In this document: positions 1 through 11,900 of the stretch, one piece after another | Position numbering within the stretch: the stretch's first letter is position 1 | How the letters are laid out: the number at the start of each line of letters is the position of its first letter | Assembly (NCBI GenBank): GCA_051362555.1 | Contig: CM120640.1 | Coordinates: 32,259,967 to 32,323,966 of the forward strand | Direction: 5' to 3' | DNA: 64,000 nt | DNA from: Lingula anatina | Lineage: Eukaryota > Animalia > Brachiopoda | Translations under genes and position numbers: made by a program | Notes under the pieces: model-generated | Seen by the model: only the letters and a program-made list of their open reading frames with translations | What the model was told of the DNA's origin: nothing | The model's database searches: none

Positions 1-817
1 TTTTAATTGCATAAATCTACACTGTTTGAAATAGCTATTGTAGGTATTCACTGGGGCATTCAGTTCAGTGCTCACCAACAGCCCTTTGCACACACTGTCC
101 AAATAATTATCCTAGACTAAAAATGTTTAAAACAGTAACAGAGCTCTAAAAAGGCAAGTCCAATTTTCAGCAATTCTGGACATAAACATCAAGTATACAC
201 ACAGTCCCTAGCAATCTTTTAAAAACATTTATAGCGAACCGTAATAGGTGTTCCTCAGAAAATGCCATCAAAATATACACAACTGGTTGTGGATAAAAGC
301 TGTACTTACATGAAAGCCAACTGTTTGTGCATATACAGGTGCCATGCAAACATAAACAGAAAGGAGTATGAAAACTATGAGCATGATTCTAGGTGTGATA
401 CTAACACTGCCTTGCAATAATCAGAATACATGTTAAGAATTCATTACATTCAATCATATGTCCAGCTTGCAATATGGTAGACACTGGTCTGTATATAATT
501 CCTTGTGGTCATGGGATGTCCTTCATAATCATATCCTACAACAATGTCGATGACCCTTACATGAAAAGTTACTGCTTTTCTTTTTTTGTACAAGTCAAGG
601 CCTAACTGATTTTTGAGCCTAGAAAGTGACAAGTCCCTCAATCTTTGACTCAACTCTATGATGAATTTTCCAACTACTTAACACGTTGCAACTCATAATT
701 ACCATTGCACCTCTCATATAGACAAAAAAACCAGTAGGAACAGGAAGGTATGATAATGAGTCCATCTTTTCAATGGTGAAAAATGATTAATCATTCAGAT
801 ACATTACTTTGGAATCA

Positions 818-1161
818 TTAAAGGGATAATAACTCTTCGTTTGGCCAAAAAATGAATTTTCCTGGAGTAAACAACAATTTTCCCATACTAACCAATGGTC
901 AATGAATCCATTTTTACATTCAAAGTTAGTCCCTGGTTTTTTTCTAAAAAGTTTGGTTTTTTGTTAAAATCTCTTAAGAGATTTTAACAGAGTACAGCCA
1001 TCAATGGAAGTCACGTGATCTGAAGACACGCTCAGATCTCAGAATAATAGCTATAACTGCTGTTTTTGTGGTAAAACAGAATATATTATATTTCTATGAG
1101 TTGTTCACAATGTTTTTATTGTGAAATAAAGATATCATATGAAGAGTTATTATCCCTTTAA
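818..1161 (+). mobile_element. Non-autonomous DNA transposon (MITE), TTAA TSD, AGGG...CCCT termini (Kolobok/T2-type or piggyBac-type)
   Basis: TTAA-AGGGATAATAACTCTTC ... GAAGAGTTATTATCCCT-TTAA; near-identical inverted copy at 36435-36779. Confidence 0.88.
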
Positions 1162-1795
1162 AATTATATTCTGTATTGCACTTTTGATGCTTTTATTATA
1201 TAAAAACGGACTAAAGGGTATCCTGCTTTTCAATTTTGTTGCTCCAACTCAATAGCAATGTTCCAATCTTAAGAAATGATGACTTAAAAATAGTATTTGT
1301 AAAAATCAGAATTTCCCCCCACTGAAAAGATAGAGACATTACTGTATTTATGCATGAAATTCAGTGTGTGCCAATCACCACTGTAAGAAGACAATTATCT
1401 TTGTAACTAGCTTTCTTACATCTAAACCCAATATTCATCTTCTGGATTTCAGTGGGAAGACTCATGTCAGAACAACCTTCCTTATCAGATCTTAACCCAT
1501 TTCTGTACAATCCAATTTTAATCTTGAACGACAAAACCAAGATAAATTTTCCAGGAAAAAAAAGGAATAAAGGTCACATAACAAACATGCATAAAGCTTA
1601 ACCACAACTCACTTCAGGTTAAATATTACCACCAGGGCAGGTGGCCAGAAGCAATACCAAAGCACGTTATAATGATTAAGCAGTCAGTCTTCCATACTGC
1701 AGTTCACAGAATTTTATCTCATAACCATTTAAAATCAATGTACACACAGCCATGCCCCCAACATATGCACCTCAACACATGTACTTGAATGCACC

Positions 1796-1845
1796 CCATG
1801 CACGCACACACACACATGCACATACACACATGCGCACACACACAC
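1796..1845. repeat. Imperfect (CA)n microsatellite
   Basis: CA-rich run with interruptions. Confidence 0.85.
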
Positions 1846-3046
1846 AAAATGATGCACTGCAAATCTAATGTGCTGCAACTGAAAAATGAAACTATCTTTC
1901 TTTTCTCTATCTTATTCCAGCAATTTTGCAGAATATTTAGGTGGGACTCGTAAAACACTTTAGAGATGGGGGAGGGCAGTTATTAGGAAACATTCCAAAA
2001 TATTTTATACGCAAATCATCCAAATTCGGATCAACATAATGCAGGTATCAGAAGTAGTGAAAACATGTGGCAAATCTTCCTTAGTGTGGAATTTATTATA
2101 GTTATGGAATGCATCTAAGCACTGCATAAGGCATTTATAGCATTAGGCTACGAAATTCCTGGACATCCATCAGACAACTAACTTCAACTGCTCCACATCG
2201 CTACTTTTTCTTACTCCAAATTTTTATGCCCTACAGACTATTGATAAATCGAGGAAATGAAAAGCATTAATAATGTTGTTTCACATGGCTAACATCTTGC
2301 ACTGCAAGGTGTGTGTTAGCTTTAAGCACCTGAACTACATTACACAAGCTATTTACCAATACTTATGAGCATCTGAGTGCAACCTGAACCAATTGATGAT
2401 AATTAGGCTAGATCCACGAAGACATAAAGAGCATCTTCATCCCACTCTGACTGGAGTGATTATATTTATTGGATAAGCCTGTTATGAACCAATTTGTATG
2501 AGCTGCAACACTCAAGGGTAATACTTTTTTAAAACAACATGAAGCTCATTGACTGACACTATCAATTTCTTGTCTGTTAATGAAACAAGAATCAGGAATT
2601 ATGCTCTTGGTTTATGTACCAAATGAAAGACTGCCTATCAAACTATACAAAGGTTATAAGAGCACAAAGTGTAAACAACTACTAGAAACAAAACTAAAAT
2701 GTATTTGAGAACATCTTCCGAATTTTACAGTCCTTGCTATAAGGACAGCTTTTCTTCATTTATAACACTTTACAAAAGTGGTTTATGAGAAAAATAGAAA
2801 CAGGATCTAAAAACTGTTGAATAAGTCATTCACTCTTACTCAAGTGTAAGACATAACAATAAATCAATAGCTATTGCATCTTTTACAAGAGTCCAAAGTG
2901 ATTCAAACAGCTCAACTAAAATCTTTCTAAAAATCATACTCCAACAATCATTGATAGAAACTATTGCAGGAACATAAGAACACCACAAAACTTTTATATC
3001 TAACATCAGTCTTTGTTAAAATATTCTTATCCTTCATGTCTTTTTG

Positions 3047-3469
3047 GGCCCTTAGGGTCCAAGACCCCATTCCCATGGACACCATTGGTCTATGCTGAGT
3101 AATTCAACTCTGCAGAGACTGTGGAGACTCACTCTGAGTGCAATCAGCATAACTGAACGATCCAACTTTGCAGGGTCTCTGTGGAGACTCATGCTGAGTG
3201 CAATCAGCTTATCTGAATGATCCAACTCTGCAGGGACTCTGTGGAGACTCATGCTGAGTGCAACCAGCTTAACTGGAACAATACACTTCCTCTTGTTTCC
3301 AAGGCACTCGTATAATCACCTACCAGATTGTTATGTATTCTACTTGATATCAGGAAGAGGAGTGTCATGAAGTTAAGCTGATTGCATTCAGCGAGGGTCC
3401 CCACAGAGTTGGATCAATCCACATAGACCAATGGTGTCTATGGGTATGGGACCTAAGAATCTAGTGGCC
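3047..3469. mobile_element. Foldback/MITE-like element with long inverted arms and ~60-bp subterminal tandem repeats
   Basis: Left arm cccattcccatggacaccattggtctatg is inverted at the right as catagaccaatggtgtctatgggtatggg. Three ~60-bp direct repeats at 3105-3277 and one inverted copy at ~3370-3415. Confidence 0.72.
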
Positions 3470-5799
3470 TAAAGCAGAAAGTGGCCAGTAACTGAACATA
3501 CTGGCCCAACTAATATTTACTGGCATTTGGCATGGGGCCAGTGTTAACACTGTAGACTGTGACACTCAAGTCCATGAATGGATTTCACAGCCTTCTAGTC
3601 AACAAAATGACACATGTCCTTACATAGAAAGAAAAGCATGGTTGAATATGTCGTGTTCAACAGAATATCTTACACAAGGGTGCTTATGCATGAAATGCTT
3701 TGCCCACTTTAAGTGTCATAGGAATATAGGCCTCAGCTAGGATTAGCTTTAATGCAGAATGTGTCTGTATAAAAATTTGGCATGGTGTAACACATTAAGT
3801 ACCCAATTTTTACTCTCTTTTCTTTAAGTTGTTTTTCAATTTTCAAACTAATCCATAGCTAGATTTTAAGCAGGGTGTCAAGATGTCTGTTGAAAAAACT
3901 CTTAGTTAGAAAAACATTTTTGTGAAAATAGGTATTAGAAAGAAAATTCCTACCATACACTAACACTTTATGTTTCAATTAGATGTCGTGCCTTCAAAAA
4001 CACTGACTTACTCCACTGTGAGAAAAATACCATTCACTTCATACTGCTCTATGTGCTATAGGGTCCTTAAACTACAAACAGTCTATAACACACAATATCA
4101 TTACCTGACCCCTTCAGGTAAGGTTCTCACTAGCAAAACAAACAATCAGGAAAACATCAGACATAGCCAATTGCATCTTTGTGTTAATCTTATTGATTCA
4201 ATCTATAATAATGAGGGACTTGATGAAAAGGAGTTGCAGATAAGTCCCATAATTAAGTCCAAAAGAGAACTGCTTTAACTTGCATAGCTTTACAGAAAGT
4301 TTTAAGCCTGATTTATAGAGGGATCAGGATACTAATGGGATAAAATGGTTTTCACAGGGATAACAATGCAGGCTAAGATATAGACGTATTTTCCACAGAA
4401 GCTCTATATTAAACAGAATGTGATGTATCAGCTTAACATTGTAGCGGATAATAGAAATACAGTTAAAGAGTCATTTTTCGAGTTTCTTTTCTGAAAGATT
4501 GGGGTAGTTATAAATGGGTTCTTAATAAGAGAATTGTCCCCTTTGGCCCACATGATATTTTACAGCCATTTAGGGCATGTTATGTCTTTGGATTTTTAAA
4601 AAATATTTTTGGAAAAACTTGATGTGAGTCTAACTCCTGATAACGATATATAGGCAAATTGCATATCTGGTGATCATAATATTTTTTCAAATTGACAATA
4701 TTATACATAAAACTGATATAGTCTTGAAAATTTATATATACAAATTATACAATGGTAAAAAAAATCAAATTAAATAGAAATATAACCAAAGGCTGATTAT
4801 TATGACTATCACAGATGCCCATGCACGTGGAGCTCACCAGATACAATGTGTTCAATATTCCTTAGCAAAATGCAATTACCAGCAGTACATGACTATGGTA
4901 TAAGAGAGAGCTGCCAATTTCTTCATAATTCAAGAACAAATACATGATAACAAAATCTAATGGTCTTGTCTTTCTCAGTAATGATTCTATATATGCTGTT
5001 TCTATCACCAAACTTCTTGGATATCATTAAATATTTCCTAAAAAGAGAATCCCTCCTCTTTAACATTTTAATCACAGCCTCTCTGCGATTAAGAAATGAC
5101 CACCACATGCCTCATTTCCCCCAAGTTCAAAAACGAGTGCAAACCAATTTTTCTGTATCCTTCAATTAAAATTGCCCCAAATCCTATAAGACATGGGAGT
5201 TGAACAATGTATGAACAATCACTTTACCAAATGCCCCATACCCCCCCCCCCCCATAAGTAAATAAATAACTATATAATATAAGTATTACAAACCCCAAAA
5301 AAATTTTTTTAAGATTTAAAGGTTTGCCTTTAAATCTGCTAGGGATTCAGTTTTCTTCCATTAACTGGCCAGTACTAAAAGCACACTTGTTAATCACCAT
5401 AGGACAGGAGGTTCCAGAAAAGGCCAGAGAGGCTGTACTAATAGGTCTGATATCACTGCTGTGCCAGGGGGGGTTTGCATGACTGAGTGTGAACTTTTGC
5501 TCCGATATTGATCAAGTATCTGTTAGGACAATCTTTAAATCTGGCACTACCTAACACCTTTCTTGAAATATAAAAATACCTGGGATAGTAGCTTCGGGTT
5601 CAATGGAACATTTTCTGGGATTTCAAGTATGTTGTTGTTGGGTGGATGAAAGGACTGCAAGGCAGTCAGTGCTTTTGTGAATTTACTAATCAAACCTGGG
5701 CCAAATTTTGCTTCAAGAATTTTCATTTCCATACATTTCTACTTTTTCATACTAAAAAATAATTGTCAGTACCATAAAATATATAATAAAAAAAGAAAT

Positions 5800-6800
5800 C
5801 AACACAAACGTACTGAGCAGCACTGGGTTAATTTCGGACGTCTGTGGTCCTCAGGAGGATTAGATTGGATCTCCAGTGGCAGCGCGAGGTGGTATTGCGA
5901 GGTGAGAAGAGAAAGACCAAACGTCATATACAGTCTTAAGTTCAACTCGCCATACTTTAGCTTTTGCATGAAAAGGTAGCATAAACGCATCCGTGGCACT
6001 TCGAGAAAAATACAAACACGCAAAAACGTTAGTTATTGCACCTGGGCATTTATCAACTTACCACCTGACTGAGGGGAACTTGCTAGCAGACGAACCGTTT
6101 TGGCTAACCGTCGACGCTTAATACTGGCTAACAGCTGTCCCACTAAAACGTTAAAAATAATTTGCAATTGAACGGAACCACCCTTAAAAGTGCAAAAATC
6201 GAAAAATTATTACAGGTACTCACTTTTTTGGAAACACCTTTCAACATGTTCACTGGCACCTCTCCTCACAATGCGCATGCTCTGTTGGTTTGAAGGAAGT
6301 GACGAAGGGGGTCAGGCTACAGGTCATTGTGCCTCACTAACCAAACTTGAAGTGTAAACAGAAACTTTAGCATGGGGGACAATCAGTGGCGCGTTCTATT
6401 ACGAACGTTTCTGCAACCTTACAGTGCGTAGTTTTTCGTTGTTTATGTTTACAATAAGAGGCGGGCACCTGCTTGAATAGCAAAAGCGCACCGGCTTTTG
6501 AAGATCACTTTTTGTGTTTTCACTTCAGCCGAAAACGGGGCCACACCGTTCAGTCGATCACTACGTATAAACTGTAGCAGCTAACAATCGGCAGTGTTTG
6601 CCAGTCAACAGTCTCTGCAAAAATATTGACGCTTGGATACCTAACCAATAGAAGACTGGTCCATATTAAAATGCTGTGTGCGTCGCCCTTCGCAGACGTG
6701 TAATTAACGCGACAAGATAGACCAGAGATGCACTTTCGCAAAATGCAGACATGCGAGATAAGGAGTTAACAAGATCAATAGCGTCAATTGATTATTAAGT
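5800..6800. promoter_or_regulatory. CpG-rich promoter region of an unidentified, probably minus-strand gene
   Basis: CpG enrichment relative to flanks; NRF1-like TGCGCATGC (6272-6280); ETS-CRE composite GGAAGTGACG (6295-6304); minus-strand donors GTGAGT (6223) and GTAAGT (6061). Confidence 0.55.
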
Positions 6801-8839
6801 TGTTGAAGCTACTCTGTAAAAGTGCATGTGTACATATTAACGATTGTATAATTTACCATTATATTAAATTTATATATTTGAAGAGTCAGTAAAGGTTAGT
6901 ATTTTTTTTTTTTCAAATGTTTCAGAAAAAACTATTGTGGAAAAAATAATAATGGAATCATTTAACTTTATATTTTTATGATTTTTTTAAACTCTCAGTG
7001 TTTAATCTAAGCATGTAACTGTACACATTTAAATGTTAGAACTTTACAGCTGTTCAAACGTGATTTCAGCTTGAAATAGAAGTGTTATTAAACCATACTC
7101 TAAACCATGCTTCTTTTGCATTTTTTCACTTTCACTTTTTTCATGAAATAAGAGTGACCAAAGCTAAGACTGTACACTGATCAACCACACTCACAAGAGT
7201 GCAGTATAATACTGTATGTTTACAAAAATAATAACTGCATTCTTTACTTCTTTCTAAATAAAGTCCAGGTGTGTGTATGTGGACCTTTATCTTACTTGCA
7301 AACATACAAATATAATGTAAAAGAGTTTGAAATAAACGTTGGTTTCTGCCTCGGATCACAAAGTTTAACAATGTGCAGCTGCATTTCATGTCTGGTTGCA
7401 CTTAGAGTTTCAAAAAACATTGTGTTTGCCATTCATGCCATCAGTCCACTTTGCCGTTGATACAAAAAGCAACCAGTTGCACTTGTTGTCTCGTTTTATG
7501 GCTCAACAAGAGGGCACCGACTCCGTTAAAGTTGTTCAAATGTAATAACTGGAAGACTAAAAATACATTTTTTCATTGATCTGGCCCACATGCTGCCCTG
7601 GAGGATGCAGTCCCTGTTAAAACTTAATTAACTAGGTTCCACATGGAGAGTAGATTATGGTAAGCAATATATACAGAAGTATGCTATTATTCCAAAAGAT
7701 ATGAATAAATTTTATTTTCTATTTATTTGTTTATTTGCATTATAATCGATTTCTTGAACAATATTTCTGTATTTCTCATTTGTCAAAAATGTCTCCTTAT
7801 AGAATTCTTCAGTTTTACAGTATATTCTTTGGTACATTCTCTCAGCTGCATTTCAAAATTCCTGTTGAACTAATGCACACAAGCTTAACATTCTAAATAT
7901 CTAAAATTTTGCATTATCTTTATTCAATTTATTAAAAAATTCTTTTTAGTTTAATTTTTTATTACTGCTTTTTAACTTTAAATTATCAAATTCATTTAAA
8001 TTCAATCATGAAATGGCAATTGCAGATCCTCTATCAGAGAGCACCATGTTTTCTGTAGAAATGAATTGTTTGTTATCATTATTTTGCTGCCTCATTGCCA
8101 AAACTTTTACCAAATAAATTTAATTTTGTGGTGATAACCAAACCATAAAGTTTCCTCATAAACAGCTTTATTCACAGTACTCCAAAAGAACCTTCATATG
8201 AATTGCAGGAACTGACACATATTCTTTTTAAAAAGTAAAATAAAAAACACTGGGGTACATCTGTTTACAATGCTAGACCTAGTTAAAGAAGACTTTGACA
8301 AAATAAATAGAGGCACCTGGTCTCAGTACAACACATACAGTTATTACATGTATTCAGTAATGAGGCATTCCTAATCTGAAATCCTATACTGAACAAAAAA
8401 AATAATTAACAATCACTGCTTTGCCTATATCTAGAATCAATGAGCTGCATGCAAATTTTATGTCAAAGCCAATAAGGTAGAATAGTATTATGGTGATGTT
8501 ATAACACACTTGACCCACAATGTTTTCTTAACGCATGCATGATTTAAAATGATGCACAATCACAATCAGCGTAAACACTGCCAACAGTGTGACATCTAAC
8601 AGGGGGAGGGGTCCTGGGCAGCCCTGCATGATAAGTTATACAGCAGGTTTCTCTAATTTCTCCATGTTCATCACATTGCTAATAATGTGTCCATTGATTT
8701 CAATGTTCCCTCCAATAGAACAGTATGTGATAGTGGCAAAATAAGTGACTCAGAGCTGGTTGATTTTACAAAAGCATTACTGTACAATTTTGATTTTGTG
8801 ACAGCAATGCAAGAAGTCCAGCTTAGTAGGTTTTTATTT

Positions 8840-8938
8840 TCATTGTCTTATTGTGGAAAACTCCTGCATAATACTGTTCTGCTGCTGTTGGCTGGTTGCT
8901 GCTACATCCCTTCTCACATCACAAATAATGGAGCGCAC
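8840..8938 (-). CDS. ARMH3: ARMH3 coding exon 25 (terminal)
   Basis: CAG|[32 protein letters not shown]; matches the recalled human C-terminus VRSI...VRR...EFSTIS. Confidence 0.92.
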   Translation of the reverse strand: MRSIICDVRRDVAATSQQQQNSIMQEFSTIRQ

Positions 8939-11900
8939 CTGAAATATGTTACAAGGCATTTAACCATTTTTTGATGAAAGGAAAGCTTTAAGTCAGAGCT
9001 TTTCATTTTCTCATTTTCTTAGTATCATCCTGGGAAGCCTTAAAAAGAGGCTGATGGCAGTGCATGATGTCAGCCGAAACAAGGAAAAGTGCAATAATCT
9101 ACATGAAGTGTAAAAGGGTGAAACTCTATCTGCCTGGAATATCATCTTTAAAACCAATACGAAAGTACATTGCAAAATATGGTGAATTCAACGTTGTGCA
9201 ACAGACTGCAATTCAGCAGGATATAAACTTTCACAAAAATATTCATGGATAATTTTGGTCAGCTTTTATTAATTTCTTTACAATCTGGAAATCTACTTTT
9301 GTTTGACTTTCATTAGTCTGTCTTTTTATGACATCCTTGTCCAAATCCTGCGAAACCTCCCTTGATTTTACTCTAATCCCCAGGACTTAAAGCCATCTTG
9401 GATGATGCCCATTGTTCTAACAAGACTGAATTTAGCATTATTTTCAAATCCAATCATTTAAATTTACATACTGTGTATGCATTAAAGCATCTTGTTAATA
9501 AAAACATCAATAGATAAGACTGAAAAACCTAAAAGTATAGTTTCAGACATGATAGAAATCTGTGTGAGTTAGGAGTCAGACGGCTTCAATCTAGGATATT
9601 TTTCTGAAAATTACTTGCAGGGTCGTTGTAGGCAATGGCTGATCTAACCAGAAATCTCCATACATTTCAAAAGATTTATTGCAGTCAATTCATCCTTTGT
9701 CAGCCAATTTTGTCTGGGAAATATCAATTGCCAGACGAAGGCGTGAAATATGTAATTTAATATTCAATATTATTCTTGCTGTAATGACTTCATTGCTTGG
9801 GGTAGACTTTCCACCTTAGGGACGATAGTAATACAATGCCTTCAAACTACTCCTCCATAGCACAATGGTTGCACAAATATTTTGTTTAATGTTTATACAG
9901 TGACCATTTTCACAACATATGCTAGATGTTGGCACATTATAAATCTAGGCCCTGTCTGGATAGACCTATAAGATAGAGAATAAACACGAGATTCATTGGG
10001 GATGTTATCGTTACTGATATAACTCGCGATCAATAAGGAAGACAACTTTTCTCTTAATGTGCCTTCCATAGCAGTAATGGTCAATTTATCAAATCTGAAT
10101 GAAAGGATGAAAAAAAAATAAAACATTCTTCTTACTGGGACTTATGGGATATAAGAATGAAAATAATTCTCCATCTGTTCATAAAATGTTGCTTTTGTAA
10201 TATCATAATGTCAACAACTTATCATCATGATAAATAAATACATGAAAAATCATATGTTCAAGAAATCCACTTGATGCAGAGTTCACCATAATGACTTTTG
10301 TGCACTTAAAATATTGATCACACTTCAAGTCACCGACTTGTCTATAAAAGTTTGTTTTGTTGATTGTTGAAAGTGTATATATCTCAGCTATTTCCAAGAG
10401 CTATCAGAGATCATCAGCTTATTATATCTACAAAATGAAACAACCAAAACAAACTCACCAGCTGTGTGAAAAAAGCAGACTCCTTTGGTTTTTCAGAATA
10501 TCTCTCATACTGGTCTAGATTATCCTGCAGTTTCAGGGTCAAAGTGTCATAATTGCTCCTCACAACTTCCAGAACCTTCAAGTAGGAATGAAAGCACCAT
10601 CATGGTAAAATGTTGTACATTATGATGAATTTTTTTCCCCCAAAGGCTTCTGATTAACTTTGGCAAGTAATCTTAATAAAGTTCATTAAATATTTAATAA
10701 AAACACTTTCTACTACTATCATCAAAGCATTCACTGTTTAAGTATCATAAGTTCCATTCTAAATCTTCATTCCCTTGATTTAGTCTAATTGCTTAAAAAG
10801 TATTGAGTTAGGAAATCACTCTAAATCTCATAAAGCAACAAATTCATCATATCTTATGGATCATCACTCAATCATCTGTATTTCATGTGGATGAAGTTTG
10901 AAAATAACTAAAAATACATATTTAACAGATAGATAATTACTTCTATTACTTTGCTACTTTACCGGCAATCCATCTGCCAGTATTTCATAACATTTCATAT
11001 TTTTTAATATTAATATTTCTATCTGAACTATAACATGATGTGCTCAGAACATGAAAATAATGATTGCTTTAATCTCATTTTATTCTACAAAAATATATTC
11101 ATGCCGATTCCCTCCCAAATCAACCCTACCTTTCACAAAACTTAATAATAATTATTAATTGAATAATTAATAAATAATATTAATTTTGACTTGAATAATT
11201 AATAAATAATATTAATTATTAAATTAATACATTATCATTGGTTTAATTTGTCAGCAAAGAGAATGGAATACCATCAAAGAATTAAATGCTATACAGAAAG
11301 TTTTATACTTTATAGCTATAAACTTCTAAACAACGATTGAACAACTTGCAATGAATATTCTGTAAATCACTGTCACAATACAAGTTCAAATATAGTCTCG
11401 ACCAGCATGAGGAGGATGTGGAGCAGTTGAGCAATACAAGTAGTACTCTGAGATTTAGTATAGCTTAACAACATAAAACAAATGTCAGGTGTAATGTAGA
11501 AAGTGCAAAACTCAGCAGTGGTTTTCCACTTATATTTGTACCTTACTAAACAAAATTTCCAAGGCAATTTCCAATATCCTACCTATACACAAAAATAATA
11601 TCAGTTCAGCATTCTATTTAATTAATCATGTTTCTGTAATAAATACAGCTTCACACCAAGAAAAATTAATATCAGCATTCTATTTGCTTAGTTATGCATC
11701 TACCTTGAACAGGTTAAATAACAAATCTTACCTGTTCTTCCGTTAAGGAAGATAAGTGATTGACAGCAGCCCAAGAATCCAGCTTAGGGTTAAAGTGGTT
11801 GATGATCGCTCTAAAAAGGTTGTTTAGAAAGAAATTTCAGATAACATTCTTCCCAATCATTTCAAATTAAGCTTACTTTATACCCCCTGCCTAAGACAAG

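Noticed and set aside
3105-3277. Three ~60-bp direct repeats resembling a CRISPR array
   Set aside because: The repeats abut with no unique spacers, the context is eukaryotic with no cas genes, and they are part of a foldback element
4923-5732. Short minus-strand ORFs as candidate exons of the left-hand gene
   Set aside because: No recognisable homology and no convincing phase-consistent exon chain
9586-9648. Possible alternative ARMH3 last exon ([20 protein letters not shown])
   Set aside because: Preceded by TG rather than AG; 8840-8938 has a proper acceptor and a much better match
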